Shown here piece after piece: positions 9,204-19,156 of a stretch of DNA of 64,000 nucleotides (within the stretch, counting starts at the first letter, position 1; each line of letters opens with the position of its first letter). The notes under the pieces were generated by a model, which did not search any database, was not told where the DNA came from, and saw nothing but the letters and a program-made list of their open reading frames with translations. Source of the stretch: Candidatus Latescibacterota bacterium (GTDB taxonomy: Bacteria > Latescibacterota > UBA2968 > UBA8231). The stretch is taken from positions 448,001 to 512,000 of the forward strand of contig CBDCXV010000009.1 of assembly GCA_965223905.1 (NCBI GenBank), read 5' to 3'. A program made the translations under genes and the position numbers.

Positions 9204-12200
9204 GCCGGACCTCCCGGCAGAATGATTTCCACCGTGATGGGAAGGACCTGAGCTTCCCCTCGCATCGTGTACCGTCTTGGGATCAGCTCTCCTGTGATGT
9301 GCCTTCGTTCCCGGACCAGTTGCTCCCTCACTTCCTCGTAGTGTCGCTTCCTGCGCTTGACCTCTTCCTCCCGGTTTGCGATATCCTGCTCCAGGTCCTC
9401 GAGCCGTCGCTCGGCATCGAACAGCTCTCCCTGAGCCCGCCGTACCTGCAGTTGCTCAATTTCCCGATCGAGTCGCGCCAAGGTGCTGCTTTCGATCATT
9501 GCCGAGACTTCCCCCTGCCGGCTTTGGTAGCGCCGGTTCTCATCATCGAGGGCCTGAGTGCGGTCTTGCTCCAGCTGAGCATTGAGTTGCTGTGCAAGCT
9601 CCGCAGCACCCTCCTGAATCCAAGCTCTGATGTCTTCGCTGACCTCCAGCCACAACTCGCGGGCAAGCTCGACATCGCCATGTTGTGGGGGTCCGTAAGT
9701 TGATCGCAGCTGGAGGGCTGGAAGGTGTTCCAAGGGTGTGTCGAGGCGGCCCTGACGGACCGGAAACCGCACCGTCCTGACCCAGTGATGAAAGGTTTCT
9801 CGCAGCTCGTTGATTGCCAGGTGCTCGACTGTGAGGTGTAGCAGTGCGTCTGCCTCCGGTACGGGGCCCCGGAATACGCCCCAGCGAGAAGAGGCCAATT
9901 CGATCCCGCCAGGAAACCGTTGTCGAGTCAGCGAGGAAAGGGCTTTCTGCAACATCGGGTGGGATAGGTGCATCAAAACGGTGTCCCGCCGCGGACGGAA
10001 CACTGGCAGGCCGTTGGCAGCATGCACGAACACCCCGGGGTCGAACGCCAAGCCCCGCAGTGGTCCAATTCGCCCGCCCTTGGCCGGTAGCCGGATCGTG
10101 TCGTCGATTACGGATGTCCAACTTGGTGGCTGAGGTTCGACTATCGCTGAGCGGCCCAGTTGATCCGGCCCGCTGATGCGAGGGCCGCCCGTCCCCAGAG
10201 CCATGGCGCTGTCCAACGTTGCCCTCAGGCTTATCGGTTCAAGGTCCAACTCACCCGCGATAACGGCCAAGTCGGCCTCAGGATCCACTCCTTCGCCCTC
10301 GTCGTTCATGTCCACTCGCTGGTCTCGCGGGATTTCGGTTCGCCTCCGTACCACCTCGACGCGAACATCCAACTCACGCTGCACCTTATCGAGCGACTCC
10401 CCCTCGATCAGTCTCCGGAAAGTGATCTCGTCGAACACTTCACCCGTCGTCCCCAGGTCTTCCCGGATCGAGTCCACCTTGCGCACTACGAGATCCAGAA
10501 AGACCAGATCCTCATCCTCGCCGCTGACAAAGTGCCAGACCGTTACGTCCCGGGCCTGTCCGTGGCGGTCGAGGCGGCCGTTTCGCTGTTCGAGGCGGGC
10601 AGGATTCCAAGGAATGTCGTAGTGAAGCAAATAGCGCGCGGTTTCCTGGAGGTTCAAACCCTCGGAGGCCGCATCGGTCGCCAGGAGAATGCGCACCGGA
10701 TCGTCAGGGTCGTTAAAGGCTGCCTTGATCTCCTCTCGTTCGTCGTCGTCCATGCCACCGAAGAGCCGCAGGACCCGTTCGTCCGAATCCAGATCATTCC
10801 GGAGTCGAATCAGGAGATAGTCGAGGGTGGTCTTGTACTCCGTGAACACAACCAAGCGCTCGTCGTTGCGCCATTCCCCGTCTATTCGAAGTTGCTCTTC
10901 GATCAGCACAAGCAAGGCGTCGTAGCGGGAATCCTCTCCAGGGATGGTACTTCTTGGATCTTCGGCCTTGGAAAACCCGAGTCCTTCGACGGCTGCCTGC
11001 ACGGCTGCCATCTCGACACTCAGTTGCGAAGCCATGGGACGCATCCACGCCCCGATCGTGGACGCGGCCGTCTGTTGCCGGCTCTCAGCTTCTCGGTCGT
11101 CGACGGTTTCCTCCGCTACGACCTTTCGAGCGGCCAGGACCTCCCCCTCTCCCACTTCTTCGTCCTCAGCAAGGCCCGCCTGCAGCCTCAACCAACTCTC
11201 CGAGAACGCCATCGGGCATGACAACAGACGCTTCCCGAAGACCTCGATGGCGAATGTCCCGGCAAGCCGACGTCGTTTCGATTCCCTAAACACCAAGTCT
11301 CGCACCTTCAAGCGCAGCGCGGAGAAGGCGCTTGCGAGCTGCTTCTCATGGCGTCCCAGCTGGACCAGGAGCGCTTGAGGCGGCAGGCGCTCGCAGAACC
11401 GCTTGGGATCGCTGCGTTCATTGATCTCCCTCTTGAGCCGGCGGACCAACACTTCCTGAACCCGTGCACGTTCAGCGGGGCCCAACTCGTCGTTCTGGCT
11501 GAACCGTACTGGATCCAGCATCTCCAGTAGCCCGGTAAATGACCGCGTATGTCCGTTGTGAGGTGTCGCCGTCAGGAAGAGACGGTGCTCGAACATGGGC
11601 GCAACCTGGCGAAGCATGGCACACAGTTCGCTCTCTTCCCCGAATGGAGAAGGCGTCAGGTTGTGAACTTCATCGACGATCAGCAGATCCCAGGGCAGGC
11701 GAGCGGCCTCGGGTTCATGCTGACTCGCAGATCGGAACTGCTCGAGGATATCCGGTTGTTTGAGGTAATGGTAACTGCAGATAATCCGGGAATGGCTGCG
11801 CCACGGATTGGCGTCCATTCCCATCCGGCGCCGCATTTGGGTGGTTGCGTCCCGATCAACGACATCGAACTGTAACGCGAACTTCTCCCACATCTCATCC
11901 CGCCACTGCAGCCGCAGGGACGCCGGAGCCATAATCAGAACACGGCGGATCTGCCGCCGCAGTAACAGCTCGCTGAGAATCAGCCCCGCCTCGATCGTTT
12001 TGCCGAGGCCTACGTCGTCGGCAATCAGCAAGGACACGCGGGGCATCCGAAGAGCCTTCAGCAATGGCATAAGCTGGTAGTCCTCGATCTGGACAGCTCC
12101 GTGGAACGGCGAGGATACCGGCAGGCGCACCATTGGCCCCGAACCGTCCGGGTCGATGAACGGGCTGCGCGCCGACCACCGACACGCCCGGACGAGGGCC

Positions 12201-12475
12201 AGGAGATCCTCCGCCTTCATCGGTTCCGAGGACAACGGATCCGGCAGGGCCGCGGGCCGCTGAAGCTGGGCGAATGGCTCCCGTTCCCAGAGAATGGTCT
12301 CCTCCATGGGGTGGTCGCCGTCATTGTATTCCAGGTCAACTATATGGAGCCGGCCATCAAGCCCATCGTGAGGACGCACGCCGCTAACTACGCCTCGGCG
12401 GTTCCGGACAGTGGCGATCATACCGACACGGGGGACCTGAGCAGTAGTGTTGGAAGTTGGATTACGCAAGGCCAT
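9200..12475 (-). CDS. drmD: SNF2-family helicase, DISARM DrmD-like
   Basis: LLIADDVGLGKTIEAGL, LLIVDEVH, LTATPHNG, LATDAASEGLNLQ and PWNPARLEQRNGRLDRHGQ. Start placed at ATG 12475 (MALRNP) after an AGGGGG RBS rather than at 12505. Confidence 0.85.
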   Translation of the reverse strand: MALRNPTSNTTAQVPRVGMIATVRNRRGVVSGVRPHDGLDGRLHIVDLEYNDGDHPMEETILWEREPFAQLQRPAALPDPLSSEPMKAEDLLALVRACRWSARSPFIDPDGSGPMVRLPVSSPFHGAVQIEDYQLMPLLKALRMPRVSLLIADDVGLGKTIEAGLILSELLLRRQIRRVLIMAPASLRLQWRDEMWEKFALQFDVVDRDATTQMRRRMGMDANPWRSHSRIICSYHYLKQPDILEQFRSASQHEPEAARLPWDLLIVDEVHNLTPSPFGEESELCAMLRQVAPMFEHRLFLTATPHNGHTRSFTGLLEMLDPVRFSQNDELGPAERARVQEVLVRRLKREINERSDPKRFCERLPPQALLVQLGRHEKQLASAFSALRLKVRDLVFRESKRRRLAGTFAIEVFGKRLLSCPMAFSESWLRLQAGLAEDEEVGEGEVLAARKVVAEETVDDREAESRQQTAASTIGAWMRPMASQLSVEMAAVQAAVEGLGFSKAEDPRSTIPGEDSRYDALLVLIEEQLRIDGEWRNDERLVVFTEYKTTLDYLLIRLRNDLDSDERVLRLFGGMDDDEREEIKAAFNDPDDPVRILLATDAASEGLNLQETARYLLHYDIPWNPARLEQRNGRLDRHGQARDVTVWHFVSGEDEDLVFLDLVVRKVDSIREDLGTTGEVFDEITFRRLIEGESLDKVQRELDVRVEVVRRRTEIPRDQRVDMNDEGEGVDPEADLAVIAGELDLEPISLRATLDSAMALGTGGPRISGPDQLGRSAIVEPQPPSWTSVIDDTIRLPAKGGRIGPLRGLAFDPGVFVHAANGLPVFRPRRDTVLMHLSHPMLQKALSSLTRQRFPGGIELASSRWGVFRGPVPEADALLHLTVEHLAINELRETFHHWVRTVRFPVRQGRLDTPLEHLPALQLRSTYGPPQHGDVELARELWLEVSEDIRAWIQEGAAELAQQLNAQLEQDRTQALDDENRRYQSRQGEVSAMIESSTLARLDREIEQLQVRRAQGELFDAERRLEDLEQDIANREEEVKRRKRHYEEVREQLVRERRHITGELIPRRYTMRGEAQVLPITVEIILPGGPA

Positions 12476-12559
12476 TTTTCGCCCCCTATGTTCGCCGTAG
12501 GCCAAGGATTCGGCAAGAAGGAAAACTCCGATGCTGGCGCTCTACTACCTGTTTTCGGA

Positions 12560-14293
12560 ATCCCTGCGCGCGAGCTCACCGGCATGGACGAGGTGCTGGC
12601 GGAGGTGGGCGTAGGGATCCCGTTGGAGATGCGGCGGCGCCTGGTGCTGGTCGGCAACCGCATTTCACCGAGAAACCCGGCCACAAAGGCGGACGGCACG
12701 GTGCTGCGCACCATGTGGGGATCGCTCACAGCAGGTCGAGTTTTCCGCGGAGTGCCGCACCTCCGACTACGAGCGCCGCATCCGGACCGCCTACCCGATT
12801 CATCCCGAGATCATCTTCGACCGGTGGCGCGCACCGTCTATCTCGGCTCCGCGCCGACTACCGCGGCGGCGCACCGCGGCATCGACGACTCCCGGGTCAA
12901 GCTCGGCTGCGTCATGCCGGGAGAATCCCCCGCGGTCTTCGGCGACGCCCTGCGCAGGCCCGCGGAGGCGACCTACCTCTACCAGGACGGCCCGAGGCAG
13001 TGGTACGCCACCCAGCCGACGGTCACCAAGCTTGCCGAGGACCGGGCCGAGCAACTGGCCGGCAACCCTGATGTGGTCGCCAGGGAGTTGGAGGAGCGGC
13101 TGAAGAAGGACCTGCGCAGCACCGGAGACTTCGATTCGCATCCACACCCTGCCCCGCTCGGGAGCGGACGTGCCGGACGACCTCGACGCGCGGCTGGTGG
13201 TGCTCTCCGCAGAGCATCCCTGTTCGCGGGACCCTGACAATGCGGCGGAGACGGCGGCCCGGGAAATCCTGGAGTCGCGCGGCAGTACGCCGAGGCTGTT
13301 CCGCAACACCCTGGTCTTCCTGCGCAGTGGACAGGGTGCGGTACCTGGACCTCGACGAAAGCCCTGCGCCGGTACCTGGCCTGGGTGTCGATCCTCGACG
13401 AGAAGGAGGAGCTTAACCTCGACCCGCATCAGGCCCGGCAGGCGGAAACGCAGCAAAAAGCAGCCGACGATACGGTGACCGCGCGGCTGCCGGAGGCGTA
13501 CCAGTGGCTGCTGGTTCCGGGGCAGGAGAGACCGGATGCCGCGGTCTCCTGGCAGGCCATCCGTCTGACCGCGGCCGGTGCCTTGGCGGAACGGGCAGGC
13601 AGGCGGCTGCGCAACGAGGAATTGCTGGTAGCCGGACTCGGGGCGGCCATCCTGCGCAAGCACCTCGACGAGGTGCCCTTATGGCGCGGGGGGGATCACG
13701 TGGCGGTGCGGCAGCTCGTCGAGGATTTCGGCCGCTACCTGTACCTGCCCCGCCTTCGCGGCCCGGAGGTCCTCACTCGCGCCGTCCAGGACGGGGTAGC
13801 CCTGCTGACCTGGGAGTCGGATTCCTTCGCCCTTGCCGAGAGCCACGACGAGGCCGTTGAACGCTACCGCGGTTTGCAGGCGGGACAGTCGGTCGGAGTC
13901 TCCCCCGAAAGTCCGGCCCTGCTGGTCAAACCGGACGTTGCCCGCCGACAGCTCGACGCGGAGGTGCCTCCCACGCCGGCGCCGGTTCCCGGGGGTCAGG
14001 AGGGGCCGCCACCTGGTCCGGACGGGACTGAGCCGCCCCCGCCGCCACCTGAGAAGAAGCCGCGGAGGTTTCACGGCGCCGTTACTCTCGACGCTACGCG
14101 GGTGGGCCGGGACGCCGGCCAGATCGCCGACGAGGTGATCTCCCATCTCTCCGGCCTTGTCGGGGCCGAGGTACGGGTCACCCTGGAGATCGATGCCGAG
14201 ATCCCGGACGGAGCCCCGGAAAACGTCGTGCGAACGGTCACCGAAAACAGCCGCACCCTGAAGTTCGCCAGCCACGGGTTCGAGGAGTCCTGA
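12560..14293 (+). pseudogene. Degraded DUF499-family AAA+ ATPase (no N-terminus, internal deletions, frameshifts)
   Basis: Family-like blocks lie in different frames: VLVGNRISP..KADGTVLRTMWG; DYERRIRTAYPIHPEI.FDR; VARTVYLGSAP..VKLGCVMPGESPAVFGDALRR; PRLFRNTLVFL; and C-terminal RRFHGAVTLD..VVRTVTENSRTLKF..HGFE (TGA 14293). Confidence 0.8.
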
Positions 14294-14347
14294 TACCGGG
14301 CCAAGAGAGCGACAGGGCTGGTCGCCACGACGCTCAAGGTCAAGGTT

Positions 14348-15208
14348 TTACCAAGGACGAAGCATCTCGCCTCTATGATGAATGGGGTGCGGAGCATTAT
14401 GATGACCACACTGTCGACATAGGTATCGTTTTTCTGACTCCTCCTGAGACCTTTCCTTCCTCAGGAGGTCCTCGTCGGTGTGGCTGTCAATCGCCTCGCG
14501 GAGCCATCGCAGCAGGTCCGGTTTCGGTAGTGCCTCCGCCTCTACGGTGGTCTACGTTGTTGGATTTGCTGGAAGGAAAGAATCCACTTGCTTGGAGGTG
14601 ACGGCAATCCGTTTCACCTCTACATCACCTTTTCCTCGAGCGGCAAATTCTTTGGCAACGGCATTGGGAGAGTTCCGCCTTGTCAAGACAAAATCGCCGA
14701 CGTAAAGAAGAATCCACGGTTTGCTGTCAAGGCCAAGGGACGCAGCGTTTCGGAGGGCCTCGGTTACCGACCAGGGCAACGAGAGACGGCTCGCATTCGA
14801 TACCTCCCACAGTTCCAAGCGGTTTTCCAAGCAAAGGGTCTCGATGATTCCGGCCAGAGGTCGCGATTCGACCCACACCTGCAAATGCTCGGGCTGCGTG
14901 GAACGCAGATTGCGCCGGTAGTTCTCGGCGTTGAGGTAGTCATGTGCCTCGTTCCAGCCCAACGTCTGTCGGAATCGCGGACCGTCCACGACGGCGTCGT
15001 ACCCAATTTGCCCATCTCGTTGCAGCTGTATCAGGTAGCGCTCAAGGTTCTGGTACTCGAAGGAGGTGTTTTCAAAATCCAGTTCGGGCCTCGACACCAG
15101 GGCGTAATGCACTTGACGAACCGTCATCGGTCCGTGCTCGGCCATCAGGTGCTCGATGGCAACGCGAACCTCCTCGATCTCGGTAGGGGTGCGCCGTTTT
15201 CGTGGCAT
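14348..15208 (-). pseudogene. Phage/MGE-type wHTH plus TOPRIM-like (Topo VI A/Spo11-like) protein interrupted by an in-frame TAG at 14552-14554
   Basis: MPRKRR..PMTVRQVHYALVS, LQVWVES and ILLYVGDF. The same frame continues past TAG as TTVEAEALPKPDLLRWLREAIDSH to TAA 14348. Confidence 0.6.
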
Positions 15209-15336
15209 CAGAAACTCCGTGAGAAGGCGGGGAAGAATCAGCCTGGGGAGCCGGCGTTTTCCGCCAGCTCGCGGTGGGGATGGCACGGTGCTCTCTTTAC
15301 CCCCCCCCCCTTGGGAATTGTCGTAGCCTGACAGAC

Positions 15337-15665
15337 GTCGAGTTGGAAACCGCCGTCCGCCCTGAAGCTCAGGCGATCCGCAGGTTTTCTACTCAGCCTT
15401 TCCCAGGCGATAGCCAACGCGAGACTCGTTGAAGAGGTAGGTGGGGTTTTTCGCGTCGTCGCCCAGCTTGCGGCGGAGGGTTTTCACGGCGGAGCGCACC
15501 GGCCGCTGGTCGGCGGAGTTCATCGAGCCCCAAACCCGTTGAAGCAGATACTCGTAGGTGGCTACCCTGTCGGCGTTGAGGGAAAGCTCCACCAGCAGCC
15601 GGTACTCGATGTCGGTCAACCGCACCGGCCGTCCCGGCCACGGTCACCTGTCGTTCGGCGTAGTT
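15337..15665. repeat. Imperfect ~330-bp direct repeat, copy 1 (wHTH 3' end plus ~52 bp downstream); copy 2 at 26692-27018
   Basis: gtcgagttggaaaccgccgtccgccc..gaagctcaggcgatccgcaggt..ctactcagcc occurs at both positions, followed by alignable wHTH sequence. Confidence 0.9.
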
Positions 15666-17765
15666 GATGGTCAAATCTCCCAGCACACAGGGTTCCGTCG
15701 GCTCGGCCCCACCGGGTGCCGCCCGACGGCGCAGGACCGTCCGGACCCTGGCCGCCAGCTCCGTCGGCGAGAAGGGCTTGACCACGTAATCGTCGGCCCC
15801 CGCGTCGAGGGCCTGGGCAATCACCTTGTCCTGTCCGTAGGCGGAAAGGAAGATGACCGGCACGTCGGCGTTCTCGAAGATGCCCTGCATCAGCTCGATT
15901 CCGTCGACCCCCGGCAGCACGAGGTCCAGCAACACCAGGTGGGGATCGTGCTCCTCCATGAGGCGGGACACCTCCTCCGGGTCGCTGGTTGCGATGGGCG
16001 CGTAACCTGCCTTCGAGAGGGCGTCGCGAACCGTCCGCAGCGTCTGCGGGTCGTCGTCCACCATCAGGATGCGCGTCCGCTCCTTCCCGCTCTGCCCGCG
16101 GCGGGCGGAGGTCGGAACCGATCCGGCCGGAGCGACGGACCCGGCCACCTCGACCGTGGGAATGGTGAAGGTGAAGCGGGTCCCCTGGCCGGAGCCGCCG
16201 CTCTCGGCCCAGATGCGGCCCCCGTGGGCCTCCACGATCCCCTTGCAGATGGCCAGGCCCAGGCCCGACCCGCCGATCTCCCGCGCCCCGTCCTCCCCGT
16301 CGAGGCGGGGGAACTTCCGGAACAGGTGGGGCAGCCGCTCGGTTGACACTCCCCGGCCCCGGTCGGTAACGGAGACCGCCACGTGGACCCCCTCCCTCAC
16401 GGCGGATACCAGGATGGGTGCCGTCTCGGGCGAGTGCCGGGCGGCGTTGAACAGCAAGTTGCCCAGGACCTGGACGAGGCGCCGCCGGTCCGCCATCAGC
16501 TGGGGAAGGTCGGGGGCCAGTTCGATCCGCATGTTGGTTCCGGCCCCGCTGTTCAGGAAGGTGTTGCGGGCCTGTTCCACCAGGCCGGCCACTGACGTCG
16601 GTTCGGGGTCGACCCGCAAGGTGCCCGTCTCGATGCGGGCCACGTCCAGCAGGTCTTTTATCAGGCCGCTCATGTGGTCGGCCTGATGGTTGATGATGCG
16701 GAAGAACTGGACCATCTCGGCGGCGCTCATGGCGGAGGGGTCGCCCAGCACCGTGGCGACGGAACCCTTGATGGAGGTCAGCGGGGCGCGCAGCTCGTGG
16801 CTGACCATGCTCAGGAACTCGGCCCGCAGCCGTTCCGGCTCCTCCAGCGGGGTCAGGTCCTGCAGGGTCACGACGAAGGACTCGACTGCCCCCTCCTCCG
16901 AGTGAATGGGCGTGGCGTTGACCAGCGTGGTGACGCTCCGTCCGTCGGGGACCTGGATGACGATCTCCTCGGCCCGCACCGTCTCGCCCGTGCTCATCGC
17001 CTGGGCCAGGGAGACCTCTTCCAGGGAGACCTCCCGCCCGTCGCCGCGCCGGAGGGTCAGAATTTCGAGGAGTTGCTCGGGCGATTGGTCCGGCGTCCGC
17101 AGGCCCTCGACGATCCTTGTCGCCTCCCGGTTGAACGACACCGGCACTCCCGTCCTGGCGTCGAAGACCGCCACGCCCACCGGGGAGGTGTTGATCAGGG
17201 TCTCCAGGTCGGTTCTGGCCCGCTGTTCGTCCCTGTATCTGCGGGCGTTGGCTATGACCAGGGCCGCCTGCGACGCGAACAGGACCAGGGTCTCCTCGTC
17301 TTCAGGGGTGAACTCCTCGCCGCTTTCCTTCTCGGCCACGAAGATGTTGCCGGCCCGCTCGCCCCGGTGGAGGATCGGCGCCGCCAGAAAGGAGACGACG
17401 GGACCCACCGGCAGGGGCGGTCGCAGCTCCGGCAGGCCCATCGACCGGATGTGGCCGAGCAGGTCCGGGAGCCGCAGGGGTGCCGTAATGCGGCCGAGGT
17501 ACTCGAAGAGCCGCATCCCCTCGGGCAGGTCCCAGAGCTGACCAGCCTCCCCGGCCGTCATCCCGGACGAGAGGAAGTCCTGTAGACGACCCGAATCGTC
17601 GAGGAGCGTAATCACCCCGTAGCGGGCTCCCGTCAGCGACCGGGCCGAGTCCAGGGCCCCATTCAGCACCGAGTTGAAGTCGAGGCTCTCGTTGATGCGC
17701 AGGCTGGCCTCGCTCAGGCGCGACAGGCGCTCCCGCAGGGCCGCATTCTCTCGTTCAAGTTCCAT
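15389..17765 (-). pseudogene. Hybrid sensor kinase/response regulator (GAF-PAS-HisKA-HATPase-REC-OmpR wHTH) with a +1 frameshift near 15633
   Basis: FLSMVSHELRAPL, NLLFNAARHS, GSGLGLAIC, ILMVDDD, VLLDLVLP and YVVKPFS. The wHTH (LTDIEYRLLVEL..LRRKLGDDAKNPTYLFNESRVGYRL) is in another frame. An extra C (gtccc vs gtcc) is seen relative to the paralogous copy at ~26985. Confidence 0.85.
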
Positions 17766-18259
17766 AGGTTGGCTCCATGTTCCTCTTCTGGTTGGGCGCC
17801 CGCCGCCCCTGGGGTTTCCCGTGGTTGGAAAGGCGGCCGGGGGCAAAGCCTTCCAACCGCATCGGCCCGGCCGTTTCCAGTGTGCTGGCCGGGGAAATTT
17901 CTACTACCCTGGAAAAAATTCCACCAAAATATCACAAAAACGGGCCGAAAACCCACTTTTATTTCACAGCATGGCAGTACATTCAAATTTCGGAATGAAT
18001 TCCCTCGCCCTGCACGTTCAGGTCCCTCAGGCCAAGCCTATCCCAATCAGTTTCAATCCGTCGTCCTTGATAGGGATATCATCATGCAGATCGCCGGAGG
18101 GCGCCCTGTTCCCACGGCCTTGAATACGAGGGTTTTGATAGGACGGCGTAAACGAGATTAGGACTGGCACCTTACCCAAGGGTAGTGGTCTACTGGACGC
18201 TCTAAGGAAACCAATGCGCTTACTATGTAGCTCTTTAAACGCTTGTGCCATAGTTCATA

Positions 18260-18327
18260 CTTCTCCTTGCGCGCTGTTGACACTGCCCGGCTCCACAGGG
18301 GAGCCATAAACTCTCACGCAGGAGAAG
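18260..18327 (+). promoter_or_regulatory. Possible RBS-sequestering 5' leader stem upstream of the 18333 ORF
   Basis: cttctcct(t)gcg (18260-18271) pairs with cgcaggagaag (18317-18327), which contains the GGAG RBS. There is an inner hairpin ggctcc/ggagcc at 18289-18305. Confidence 0.4.
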
Positions 18328-18332
18328 GCGGG

Positions 18333-18677
18333 ATGCCAATTCCTTGGCCTGCAGTAATCAAAGCTGGAGAAAGCGCAATCGTCCTGATCGGAAAGTTGTT
18401 GGGTCGATCTCAAAAATCCGCTCAAAAAGACGCACTAATAATAGCACTAATAGCAAGTATACCAGTAATTGCTAAGGAATTAATCCCTGAATTAGTAAAG
18501 GCCGTAAGGGATCTTCTAAAACGAAAACACCCTGCATATCATGATATTAATGCAGATGTATGTCATGCCTATGATGATTGCACAATAGGCTCAAAAATCA
18601 AACCTGAACATCGTCAGACAGGGACTGGAGATAAAGAGTTGTGTGCTGAATGCAGAGATAGGATATTGGGGGCATAA
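18333..18677 (+). CDS. Hypothetical 114-aa protein, hydrophobic N-half, Cys/His-containing C-terminus
   Basis: GGAGAAGG RBS before ATG 18333; LIIALIASIPVIA; CHAYDDC..CAEC; AT-rich compared with the flanks. Confidence 0.55.
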   Translation: MPIPWPAVIKAGESAIVLIGKLLGRSQKSAQKDALIIALIASIPVIAKELIPELVKAVRDLLKRKHPAYHDINADVCHAYDDCTIGSKIKPEHRQTGTGDKELCAECRDRILGA

Positions 18678-18683
18678 CTGACA

Positions 18684-18959
18684 ATGTCAGAATCAGAATG
18701 CACTAAACTTCAGCCTGAACCGGAGACGGCTGCCCGGATTCTTGCTGCTGTTCTTTTAGTTCTTTCAAAAACAAATCATAAATGCGCCTTAACTGTATTC
18801 CAGGCAGCAAAGCGCTTTCACCCGTCTCAGGATCTATCTCCAGAACTCTGTTCCATTCTGCATCTTTCGCGGGATCTTGTAAAGGCTCTACGTGGGAATG
18901 GTGGGAGCTTGGGTCCTGAACGACTGTGGAAACAGATTGAGGATCTTTCTTCTTCATAA
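18684..18959 (+). CDS. Hypothetical 91-aa protein
   Basis: ATG lies 6 bp after the previous stop, in the same AT-rich islet. Confidence 0.45.
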   Translation: MSESECTKLQPEPETAARILAAVLLVLSKTNHKCALTVFQAAKRFHPSQDLSPELCSILHLSRDLVKALRGNGGSLGPERLWKQIEDLSSS

Positions 18960-19156
18960 TAATCTCATATTTGGAAAGAGGAAAAGAAGCAGAAATGAAC
19001 TTACCAATTAAGGATGTGGAAAAAGCTATCCCCTCATAGAAAGTTGATGAGATGAAATACTTGATTCTCTCGTAAAAACCGCCCTCTCGCAGCCCCGGTA
19101 ATCAGGGATTCTTGGTATATTTGGTGTATACTAATCCGTCACATACTTCCTCTTTA

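Noticed and set aside
12101-13237. 378-aa ORF as a real gene
   Set aside because: A chimera of antisense drmD sequence and DUF499 fragments.
14437-14470. ctcctgag..ctcaggag hairpin as a terminator
   Set aside because: Long loop, no clear U-tract, and it lies in the read-through tail of the TOPRIM-like gene.
18277-18312. TTGACA as a sigma70 -35 box
   Set aside because: The nearest plausible -10 (TAAACT) is 24 bp away, outside the normal spacing.
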